The notes under the pieces are model-generated. The model made no database searches, had not been told where the DNA came from, and worked only from the letters and a program-made list of their open reading frames with translations. DNA of 64,000 nucleotides from Planctomycetota bacterium (GTDB lineage: Bacteria; Planctomycetota; UBA11346), in the NCBI GenBank assembly GCA_038231435.1, contig JBBRLJ010000020.1:33819-97818 (forward strand). The letters are read 5' to 3'. Below are positions 20,001 through 30,672 of this stretch, piece after piece (within the stretch, counting starts at the first letter, position 1; every line of letters begins with the position of its first letter). The position numbers were made by a program, and so were the translations under genes.

Positions 20001-20299
20001 CGACCATCGTCGCAGCGACTCCCGTCATTCCCCCACGATCATTCGAGTTCGCGGCCCAGACCCTGGTGCGCTGGCCCGCGGATGAGCCGACATCGATTTC
20101 GGGGCATGCGCCGGGACTCGACGGCTGGATCGCCCGTCTGTACGCCAGCCGGCACGCGGATGCGTTCGCCGCCCTGCTGTCCGAGGGCTTGCCGGCGGCC
20201 ACGACCGTCGCAGCGTCCGCAGAGACCCTGCCGGCGTTCCGATATGAGTGCGAGCCGATGATGAGTTCGTCGGCTTGGCTGGTCATCCACGCCTGGTGA
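17054..20299 (+). CDS. scpA: segregation and condensation protein A (ScpA) with a ~800-aa Pro/Ala/Thr-rich, TM-containing C-terminal extension
   Basis: 'EAFSGPLDLLLFLVRRAEVDVIDIPIAAIADQFV...EFILMAATLLEIKARLI' is the ScpA signature. No stop codon until 20299. GC3 stays high through the extension. A predicted TM 'ATLLIIAAGWWVW' lies near aa 790. Confidence 0.6.
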   Translation: MPPPPTQESHEVAETQARGVRPTTAAGDADGELADGRGDVELGHSVELEAFSGPLDLLLFLVRRAEVDVIDIPIAAIADQFVDTVAAWNELDLDIAGEFILMAATLLEIKARLIAPPLEAPIDEDSGEEDVVDLRAGLVGKLLAYRRFKEAALDLLAREEHQRRRHVRQLREEIPEDPEEAEGIDLDNADPYALASAWELVLKRINGLGPRTVINDNVPLESRVTEMLGHLRASGHCLLNAIFASQPNRIARVTTFMALLECVRQRWIEALQHGQYADVELRFRAEEERAIHEIAFAPEPEAKRRQRRPPLITWEGAPGSETGDEDGEAPEEPQESDEQRFLRELEESSRVDSVLAWSADIELGFARFLAERRGEPWPPPKPAEPEPATTVEAPAAPSWMAARAPARQPRERMEREPKPTLVEPPAVPLAASVETLTDTAPMGPTTSESTPAVAGPATAEAAPALAESATPIEPATSTPLAAAPDVVDASALPDGLVQAVHVLPPPEPAPTAPAITEPLSAEIAQTPSATLAEPSPVEQAAPAPIVAPAEHVTMTSPGSAPTEPKAAVVEPDVAADVTGDAPTTAELGQPVPVAILSTIPEASPAQQAAFADAMPGIGDRVAVRLDVTPADEDVHDDAVPPTAEAAPRSVAPITALVDGPQSTDVAPNVDPALSATDDIELDPIIAPSVAPTIPSEEPPLAAPILHAATSAPAAPVVTTASSDPVHVAPPRPMHIHSMRPAAPGPAPTPPTPSVRTAARREPTAIVMSTGLPADSRAQMRAAVASRRSRHRAIGVSATLLIIAAGWWVWSAADAHAPGTDTETVGGPGSGDRGSSEDAFRPGPIPASLAANDGSIAIDSARLAAIPRLAAWIERVRLGSAVPDLATWTSMVFSDGPVQVPVLDEHGFVMAPEHSIAAPTATAPVAAQPNATPVPVAEASPTVVETPETAIPAATMPMDPVATTVTPLVGPTPVADAASRIPLPTIVAATPVIPPRSFEFAAQTLVRWPADEPTSISGHAPGLDGWIARLYASRHADAFAALLSEGLPAATTVAASAETLPAFRYECEPMMSSSAWLVIHAW

Positions 20300-20316
20300 C
20301 CCGGCGTGGGCGCGAC

Positions 20317-21099
20317 TCACGGAGATCTGGGAGTCTTGGGATCCGACGGATGAGTCGACGCCGGCGTTCCGGTCGCCTGATCGTGGGCGGGAGCCTTGAC
20401 GGGATCCGGCGCGGTCGTTTCTGATTCCGGCAATGTCGCGGCGAGTTGGCGCTGCAATTCCTCGAATTTCTGCAACACCGCCGAATCCATCCCCGGATCC
20501 GCCGCGGACGGCTGGTGTCCTTCGTCGGCGCCGGCCTCGAGGCGCTCCTGGGCGCTATCGTGGGCGGGGTCGGTATTGCGCAGCAGCACCTGCATCAGCA
20601 CGTTGGTGCCCTGCGACAGCGTGCCGCTGAGCTCCTCGAGCGCCTTGAGATCGTCGTCGGGATCGTTGCTGGCGCCGAGGTTCTTGACCTTCTCTTGGGC
20701 TTTCGCGCTCTTGGCGAACACCGCGAGGCTCTGGCGGATCAGGCCGGCCTCGTATTCGGCCTTGGACTGCTTGCTCTCATAGTGCGCTGCCTGCTCGGCG
20801 TCGGCACGCTCCTTCTGCATCTGCTGATCGTGCGCGACCTGCTTCTGGTAGACGGCCTTGGCCTGCGCGAAGTCGCGCTCCTCGGCGTCGACCTTGTCCA
20901 TCATCGCCGTGGCCTTGCTCATCACCACCTCGATGACGCGCTGCACGGTCACCCAGCTGGCGATCGTGCTGACGATGAACAGCACGATCCAGAACCACAA
21001 CCACCAGCGGCGGCGCGCGCGCTGGCGCTGGTCGTACGCGCCGAGTCGCTCGTCGAGGAGCTGGCCGATCGCCTGGACGTCTTCAGGATCGAGAGGCAT
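20317..21099 (-). CDS. hypothetical single-pass membrane protein with coiled-coil region
   Basis: TM 'WWLWFWIVLFIVSTIASWV' followed by a K/E/Q-rich helical region. Start placed at the internal ATG at 21099 to avoid overlap with pheS. Confidence 0.5.
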   Translation of the reverse strand: MPLDPEDVQAIGQLLDERLGAYDQRQRARRRWWLWFWIVLFIVSTIASWVTVQRVIEVVMSKATAMMDKVDAEERDFAQAKAVYQKQVAHDQQMQKERADAEQAAHYESKQSKAEYEAGLIRQSLAVFAKSAKAQEKVKNLGASNDPDDDLKALEELSGTLSQGTNVLMQVLLRNTDPAHDSAQERLEAGADEGHQPSAADPGMDSAVLQKFEELQRQLAATLPESETTAPDPVKAPAHDQATGTPASTHPSDPKTPRSP

Positions 21100-21234
21100 G
21101 GCTGGACTATAGACGCCAAACGCCGCTGGAACAGGACTCGCCAGGCAAGATCCGGGAGGGACGTCATCCACGTCCGCACCCTCTCGTAACATCTCGTGGC
21201 GACTTATGCGTGCGCCGCCATGGCGCGGCGGGGC

Positions 21235-22257
<1,023 letters not shown>

Positions 22258-22303
22258 GCAGCCGACGATACGCGCCACGCCAGACGATGCCAGGGGCGCC
22301 GGC

Positions 22304-23968
22304 TCACGGAGCGGGTTCGGGGAGCGATGGAGGAGGATCGGACGGCACTGGCAATCCGGAAAGTGCCGGATCCTTCGCCGCCGCATCCGGCGTCGCGTGG
22401 GCGGGTGCCTTCGGCGCCTCTCTCGGTCGCGACTCCGGCACCACGGCGGGGGCGGATGACGGTGCAGGTGCGGGTGCAGGTGCAGGTGATGGAAGCGGTG
22501 AGACCTCCCCTGCCGGTGTCCCCGGCCCGGTCGCCGGAGGCACGGGCGCGGCGGTGGCCGGAGACTCGGCGGGTCGCGGCCGCTCGACTGGCGGGGCGGG
22601 CGACGGCGCGCCATCCGGCGGAGCGATGCCGGACGGGAACGACGGCGGCTCGGGCTCTCCCTGATCGAGGGTGGAGGCTGGTGGCAGCCCCGAACCCGCC
22701 TGCGCTGGGTCCGGCGCGGGCGGCGCCTCGCGCGCAAGCATGCCGATCGCGACCACGCCCGCGGTCGCGACCAGCACGAACCCCACCACGATGGCGGCGG
22801 CGCGGCGCTCGCCCGCGCGCGCGCGCGGGCGAGCGACCCGGCGCGTGGTGGGTGATTTCGCCGACGAGGGAGTCGGGATCGAGGGACGGACCAGAACCCC
22901 GCTGGAGAGGTTCGCACCGAGCGATTGGCGGAACGCGATCGGCAGCTCGCCCGCGCGGATACGCTCGAGCTCTTCGCGCAGCTCGCGCGCGTGCTGGTAG
23001 CGCTCGCGTGGCGCACGAGCCATGGCGCGCGCGATCACCGCCGACAGCGACGGCGACACCCCTGGATGGGCTTGGCGAGCGTCGGGCGTCGGGCCGTTGA
23101 TGACCTGGGAGACCACCGCGAAGATGCTGCCGCCGCTGAACGGAGGCTGGCCGGTGCAGAGCTCGAAGAGCGTCGCGCCGAGGGAGTAGACGTCGCTGCG
23201 GATGTCGAGATCGCGCTCGCCGCGCGCCTGCTCGGGCGACATGAAGGTCGGCGTGCCGATCGGCGCGCCGGTATGGGTCATGCGCTCGTCGCCATCGCGG
23301 CTGCGCGCTAGGCCGAGGTCGCCGAGCTTGGCGGAGCCGCCGCGATCGATGGCGCCATTGATGAAGATGTTCGCCGGCTTGATGTCGCGATGGATGAGCC
23401 CCGCGGCCTCGACCGCCTCGAGCCCGCGCGCGCAATCGATGCCGACACGCAGGGCGTCACTCTCGGCCAGGCGCCCACCCGCCCGCTTCGCCTGGTGCGC
23501 GGCGTCGCCGCCCTCGACCAGCTCGAGCGCCATGTACAACAGGCCCTGGTCGCGGCCGGCGTCGTAGCAGGCGACCACGTTGGGATGGTTGATGCGGCCG
23601 GCGACACGTGCTTCGCGCATGAAGCGCTCGACAAACTGCGGATCGCGGGCGAGGAACGGATTCATGACCTTGAGCGCGACCTCGCGCTTCATCGTCATCT
23701 GCACCGCGCGGTAGACCGCGCCCATGCCACCTGCGCCGAGCTTGTCGAGGATGTGGTAGCCACCGACCAGCTCCGGCGGCTCGGCCGAGCCCACCTCGGC
23801 GGTGAGCTGCGCGGCGTCCTCCCAGGTGATGCTGCCGCTCTGCACCAGCAGGTCGGCGACCGAGACCGTGGCGTCGGCGCGGGACAGGGCTTCGCTGGCG
23901 ACCTGGGCTCCGACCAGGCCGCGCGCCACCGCGCGCTCGGTGAAGGCCTTGTCGAGGTGTTCCGCCAT
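22304..23968 (-). CDS. Ser/Thr protein kinase, membrane-anchored, with Pro/Ala-rich extracytoplasmic tail
   Basis: Kinase motifs 'LGAGGMGAVYRA', 'VALKVM', 'HRDIKPANIF', 'DLGLAR', 'SPEQ'. TM 'AAAIVVGFVLVATAGVVAIGML'. Pro-rich C-terminus. Confidence 0.85.
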   Translation of the reverse strand: MAEHLDKAFTERAVARGLVGAQVASEALSRADATVSVADLLVQSGSITWEDAAQLTAEVGSAEPPELVGGYHILDKLGAGGMGAVYRAVQMTMKREVALKVMNPFLARDPQFVERFMREARVAGRINHPNVVACYDAGRDQGLLYMALELVEGGDAAHQAKRAGGRLAESDALRVGIDCARGLEAVEAAGLIHRDIKPANIFINGAIDRGGSAKLGDLGLARSRDGDERMTHTGAPIGTPTFMSPEQARGERDLDIRSDVYSLGATLFELCTGQPPFSGGSIFAVVSQVINGPTPDARQAHPGVSPSLSAVIARAMARAPRERYQHARELREELERIRAGELPIAFRQSLGANLSSGVLVRPSIPTPSSAKSPTTRRVARPRARAGERRAAAIVVGFVLVATAGVVAIGMLAREAPPAPDPAQAGSGLPPASTLDQGEPEPPSFPSGIAPPDGAPSPAPPVERPRPAESPATAAPVPPATGPGTPAGEVSPLPSPAPAPAPAPSSAPAVVPESRPREAPKAPAHATPDAAAKDPALSGLPVPSDPPPSLPEPAP

Positions 23969-24071
23969 CGCGGGAAACTATCAGCGGCAGCGCGGGCCGA
24001 CCAATGGATTGTCGCCGCCCGAGCGCGCCACGAGTCACCTCCCGGTTGTCCGCCAAGGGGGTCGGGCTAGG

Positions 24072-24644
24072 GTGTGGCCCTCCGTGCCGACCTCCTCGAT
24101 CACCATCCCTCCAGAGATCGCGCGCCAGATGAGGGGCCACGCCTTCGCCTGGTATCCGAGCGAATGCTGCGGGCTGCTCTTCGCGAAGGCCGGTTCGGAC
24201 GAGGCATGCCGCGCGGTATGCATGGACAATCTCGCCGATCGCCTCCATGCCAAGGATCCCGAAGGCTTCCCCCAGACCGGCCGCGACTACTTCTCGCTCA
24301 ATGAACGCCAAGCCGCCCGTCTTGCCGACGAGGCCGCCGCCAAGGGCGAACGCTGGCTGGCGATCTTCCACAGTCACATCGACTGCGGCGCCTATTTCAG
24401 CGCAGAAGACAAAGCCATGGCCGCACCCAGTGGTGTGCCGGTCGATCCGGCGATGTGGCACGTGGTGATGGAATGCTGGCCTGGCGAAGTGCGCGTGGCG
24501 CGTGCCTTCATCTGGGACGGACGCGACTACGCCGGCACCGTCCTGTCTGGCTTCGAGGGCCGACGAGCGAGCGATTCCGCAAACATTTCCGACAGCGATT
24601 CAGACAGCGATTCAGACAGCGATTCAGACAGAAAGAAGAGCTGA
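24072..24644 (+). CDS. JAB/MPN (Mov34) family metalloprotease, Mec+/HcyD-like, with C-terminal Ser-Asp repeat
   Basis: 'YPSECCGLLF' together with JAMM 'HSHIDCGAYFSAEDK' (HxH...S..D). GTG start at 24072 with AAGGGGG upstream. The tail is 'SDSDSDSDSDSD'. Confidence 0.65.
   Translation: MWPSVPTSSITIPPEIARQMRGHAFAWYPSECCGLLFAKAGSDEACRAVCMDNLADRLHAKDPEGFPQTGRDYFSLNERQAARLADEAAAKGERWLAIFHSHIDCGAYFSAEDKAMAAPSGVPVDPAMWHVVMECWPGEVRVARAFIWDGRDYAGTVLSGFEGRRASDSANISDSDSDSDSDSDSDRKKS
24591..24632 (+). repeat. 12-bp tandem repeat (gacagcgattca) x3.5 encoding the (SD)n tail
   Basis: Direct reading of the sequence. The other frame reads 'TAIQTAIQTAIQT'. Confidence 0.8.
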
Positions 24645-24648
24645 GCCG

Positions 24649-25842
24649 ATGGCCCGCAAGCGTCATGGCCTCGAAGGCCACATCGAAACCCTCGCCGTTC
24701 ACGCCGGGGAACCGCGTGACAAGGCTCACGACTCGCTGGTCACGCCGATGATCCTGGCGACCGCGTATCCCTTCGAGGACACCGACGAGCTGCACCGCTA
24801 CTTCCGCGGCGAGCACCAGCGCGGCGAGGAATACGGCCGCTACGGCAATCCGACGCAGGAGGTCGCCGAGGACAAGCTCGCGGCGCTCGACGGCGGCGAA
24901 TCAGCGCTGCTGACCTCGACCGGCATGTCGGCGATCGTCACCACCCTGCTGGCCATGGTCCGTCCGGGCATGCACCTGGTGATCACCGCCGACAGCTACC
25001 GCAAGACCCGCGTGTTCGTGCGCGAGTTCCTCGCCAAGTTCGGCGTCGAGCACACCAGCTGCGAGCCCTCGGTGGCCGGCATCGCCGCGGCCTGCAAGCC
25101 GACCACACGCCTGATCATCACCGAGAGCCCGACCAATCCCTACCTCAACTGCATCGACATCGAGGCCCTGGTCGCCCTGGCCCGCGAACGGCGCATCAAG
25201 ACCCTGGTCGACGCGACGCTCGCCACACCCTACAATATGCAGCCGCTGTCGTTCGGCGTGGACCTGGTCGTGCACTCGGCCACCAAGTACCTCGGCGGCC
25301 ACAACGACCTGATGGCGGGCGTGGTGGTCGGCAATGACGGTCTGATCGAGGCGATCCGCGAGCACCAGGGCATGTTCGGCGCGCTCGCCAGTCCCTTCAC
25401 CGCCTACATGCTCATCCGCGGGCTGAAAACCTTCGCTGTGCGCATGCGCCAGCACAATGCCAGCGGCCTCGCCATCGCGCGTTTCCTCGAGAAGCATCCG
25501 AAGGTCGAGCAGGTATGGTATCCCGGGCTCGAGAGCCACGCCGCGCACGCCATCGCGATGCGGCAGATGAAAGGCTTCGGCGGACTGATCAGCTTCAGCG
25601 TACGCGGCGATCTGCCGGCGGCATCGCGGCTGATCGACGCGGTCAAGCTCCCCTACCTGGCCCCGTCCCTGGGCGGACCGGAGTCACTGATCGAGCAGCC
25701 GGCGCTGATGAGCTATTACGACAAGTCGCCCGAGGAGCGGCAGACGCTGGGGATCCGCGAGAACCTCGTCCGCCTGAGCGTCGGCCTCGAACACACCGAG
25801 GATCTGATCGCCGATCTGGACCAGGCCCTAGCGAAGGTCTGA
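24649..25842 (+). CDS. PLP-dependent Cys/Met-metabolism enzyme (cystathionine gamma-synthase / O-acylhomoserine sulfhydrylase family)
   Basis: 'ETLAVHAG', 'YGRYGNPT', 'LTSTGMSAI', 'HSATKYLGGHND' (the PLP-lysine motif). Start 4 nt after the JAB stop, so the two genes are likely translationally coupled in one operon. Confidence 0.8.
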   Translation: MARKRHGLEGHIETLAVHAGEPRDKAHDSLVTPMILATAYPFEDTDELHRYFRGEHQRGEEYGRYGNPTQEVAEDKLAALDGGESALLTSTGMSAIVTTLLAMVRPGMHLVITADSYRKTRVFVREFLAKFGVEHTSCEPSVAGIAAACKPTTRLIITESPTNPYLNCIDIEALVALARERRIKTLVDATLATPYNMQPLSFGVDLVVHSATKYLGGHNDLMAGVVVGNDGLIEAIREHQGMFGALASPFTAYMLIRGLKTFAVRMRQHNASGLAIARFLEKHPKVEQVWYPGLESHAAHAIAMRQMKGFGGLISFSVRGDLPAASRLIDAVKLPYLAPSLGGPESLIEQPALMSYYDKSPEERQTLGIRENLVRLSVGLEHTEDLIADLDQALAKV

Positions 25843-25988
25843 TCCGCGGCGCGTCCGACAGGCGGGTGCGGTCGCCGGGCAGATCTGCCCATGAATCCCG
25901 CGAGAAGAGCGCTCCCCGCGAGCCCGGGCAGAAGTGCCCGCATGGCAATCGCGGCGCGACCGGTGCATACTCGTGGCAGGAGCGCGCG

Positions 25989-28145
<2,157 letters not shown>

Positions 28146-28160
28146 AAAGATGCGGCGTGC

Positions 28161-28949
28161 TCAGCGCTTGCGCTTCGCCCTGGTCGATTCAGACGGCCGG
28201 GGCGGCTCCGCGGAGGCGTGCTGGCGATCGGTGACCCGCCACAGCAGCCAGCGCGTCTCTTCGTCGAACGCCGCCCATGACGGATAGGTGAAGTAATCCG
28301 GATGCTTGAGCAGGAAGCGCGCCGCGCCGCGGTTGGGCAGCACCTCGCAGCGCTCGAGGATGTCGCGGGCGAGGATGGGGAAGTTGTCGCGCGCGCGGGC
28401 GCGCATGCGCCCGCCCAGGCAGTCGTAGAGGAAGTCGTCGGCGATGATGCGCAGCGCCTGGCGCTCCCCGCTCGACACCAGATCGATCACCAGATCCTCG
28501 GCAGTGGTGGGATCCTCGGTCTCCACCGTCTCGAGATCCTCCTCGATGCCCGGGATCACCGAGCGCACCACGTGCCGGGGCTTGCGCCTGACGCTGCCGA
28601 GCGCGGCTATGTCGATGGACGACCATGCCAGCTGGCGTTCCTTGCCGAAGGGCGTGAAGTAGGTCATGCCTTCGGCGTCGATGCGGCCGCGCGCGAGCAC
28701 GCGCCGGCGCGGCAGCGCGGGCAGCAGCGATTCCTCGACCACGTCGACCGCCACGCCCTCGTGCTCGAGCGCGAGGTGCAGCTTGCTGGCAGCGGTCGCG
28801 GTGAGGTTGTCGAGCAGGATGCCGAAGGCGAGGTGCGCGACGGTGGGCGCGTCGAGGCGCGCGCGCGCGCCACTGGCGTCGAAGGCGCGCGCCAGGCGTG
28901 CGGCGGAAGGCGATTCGAGGCGGGCCAGCAGTAGGGCGTAGCGAGCCAT
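28161..28949 (-). CDS. hypothetical protein
   Basis: 262-aa ORF with balanced composition and high GC3. No motif recognised. Confidence 0.45.
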   Translation of the reverse strand: MARYALLLARLESPSAARLARAFDASGARARLDAPTVAHLAFGILLDNLTATAASKLHLALEHEGVAVDVVEESLLPALPRRRVLARGRIDAEGMTYFTPFGKERQLAWSSIDIAALGSVRRKPRHVVRSVIPGIEEDLETVETEDPTTAEDLVIDLVSSGERQALRIIADDFLYDCLGGRMRARARDNFPILARDILERCEVLPNRGAARFLLKHPDYFTYPSWAAFDEETRWLLWRVTDRQHASAEPPRPSESTRAKRKR

Positions 28950-28956
28950 ACCGAGC

Positions 28957-29922
28957 TCAGGTATCGCCGATGACGGCGAGATCGGCGAGCAGTCGCGCGG
29001 TGATCGCCTCGACGCGCTCCATCTGCGCCGCCTTGATCGGCGTGCCGAGTTCGCCGATGAAGGCCCCCTGCGCCGCGTTGCGCGCGCCGACGATGCAGCC
29101 GGTGAGACCCTCGGTGCAGATCAGCGCGCCGATCGCGAGTTGCGGCACGCTCATCTCATCCTCCTCGGCTACGGCGCGCAGCTCGGCAACCGCCTCGAGA
29201 AAGCGCGCGAGGCGCCGGCCGCGGAAATCGGGCCGTTCGCCGCGGTGATCACCCGCCGGAAACGCGTGCCCCTCCTTCCAGGTGTCGAAGAGCAAGCCGC
29301 GGTGCAGCGGGGAATAGGCGATGGCGCCCACGCCGTGCTCGGCACACCACGGCAGGATGGTGGTGGCGGCCTCGGGCTTGACGATGCTGTACGGCGTCTG
29401 CACGCAGTGCAGCGGAACGCCGGTCAGGCGCCACGCCTCGAGCTGCTCCAGCGAATAGTTGCACACGCCGATGGCGCGGATCTTGCCGGACTTCAGCAAT
29501 TCGGCGCATGCCGCCGCGGTCTCGGCGATCGGCTCGGGCGCGGCCCAGTGCTGCTGGAAGAGATCGATCGCCTCGACGCCGAGGTCGCGCAGGCCTTGCT
29601 CGCAATCGGCGATCACCTGGGCGCGCGCGCCCGAGGTGTGGCGTTGGCCGTCGACCAGGCGGTGGCCGAATTTGGTGAACACCAGCGGGCGCTCCGCCGA
29701 CGGCAGCTCCTTGAGGAATGTGCCGACGATGCGGTCGGCGCGACCCGAGCCATAGATCGGCGCGGTGTCGATCCAGGTAGCTCCGGCCGCGCGGGCGGCG
29801 CGCAGCGCGGCGAGCGAATCGGCATCGTCCTGCTCACCCCACATCCAGCCGCCGGCTGCGAAGGTGCCGACGCCGACCAGCGAGATAGTCAGACCGCTGG
29901 TACCGAGTTCGCGCCGCATCAT
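28957..29922 (-). CDS. aldo/keto reductase
   Basis: 'MRRELGTSGLTISLVGVGTFAAGGWMWG...AGATWIDTAPIYG' is the AKR N-terminal signature. Start at the ATG at 29922. Confidence 0.8.
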   Translation of the reverse strand: MMRRELGTSGLTISLVGVGTFAAGGWMWGEQDDADSLAALRAARAAGATWIDTAPIYGSGRADRIVGTFLKELPSAERPLVFTKFGHRLVDGQRHTSGARAQVIADCEQGLRDLGVEAIDLFQQHWAAPEPIAETAAACAELLKSGKIRAIGVCNYSLEQLEAWRLTGVPLHCVQTPYSIVKPEAATTILPWCAEHGVGAIAYSPLHRGLLFDTWKEGHAFPAGDHRGERPDFRGRRLARFLEAVAELRAVAEEDEMSVPQLAIGALICTEGLTGCIVGARNAAQGAFIGELGTPIKAAQMERVEAITARLLADLAVIGDT

Positions 29923-30084
29923 GCGGCCATGGTGCGCAGGGAGGCGGCGAGACAAGCCGCCTGACGGCGTCGGCTCGCGAGTGTGCGTTAGCCATATCCT
30001 GACCAGCGCGCTGCATGAACGCATGACACAAAAAAAGCACGCGGCGGGAAAGCCCGCCGCGTGCTCGACTGTTCGACCGAGTTC

Positions 30085-30528
30085 TCAATCCTGCTTAGCG
30101 CCCGAGGCCGGCTTCTCGCTCGAGGCCTTGGCACCTGCGGAAGACTCGACCTTGGCGCCGGAATCGGTCCAGCCGCTGATGCCCTCCTTGAGGTGCTTCA
30201 CGTTGGTGTAGCCGAGAGCGACCGCGGCGGCGGCGGCCTGCTTGTAGGCGGCGCACTGGGGGCCTCCGCAGTAGGCGACGATCAAGGCGCCCTTGTCGGA
30301 AGGCAGCTTGTCGGCGAGCTTGTCCTTGGCGACGGCGTAATCGATGGCGCCGGGAATGTGGCCCTTGGCGAACGACTCGCTGCCGTTGACGTCGAGCAGC
30401 ACCACCTTCTTGTCGGCGATGGCCTTCACCAGGTCGGCGTGGTCGATGTCGGGGACGACGTACTCGACGGCGGCATAGGTCGAGGAGGCGGTGAGGAACA
30501 GGGCGATGGCGAGGATGAAGGTCTTCAT
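30085..30528 (-). CDS. secreted rhodanese-domain protein
   Basis: Signal peptide 'MKTFILAIALFLTASSTYA'. Rhodanese active-site Cys in 'IVAYCGGPQCAA'. Start at the ATG at 30528; the tool ORF is over-extended. Confidence 0.75.
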   Translation of the reverse strand: MKTFILAIALFLTASSTYAAVEYVVPDIDHADLVKAIADKKVVLLDVNGSESFAKGHIPGAIDYAVAKDKLADKLPSDKGALIVAYCGGPQCAAYKQAAAAAVALGYTNVKHLKEGISGWTDSGAKVESSAGAKASSEKPASGAKQD

Positions 30529-30672
30529 GGTGGGCTCCGGTGGGCCCGATGATGGCCGGACGGGACGCGACTCAAGTAAACACCGGCAGGATGACGCATA
30601 TCCGCCCTTGTCGGAAAGACGCACCCAACACCATGCGAGACCTCCGGCGCAGCCTGGATCAGAGGAGAAGCC

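Noticed and set aside
22258-23016. N-terminal 250-aa extension of the pheS ORF
   Set aside because: Arg/Pro-rich filler antisense to the kinase gene. PheS motifs begin after the internal ATG at 22257.
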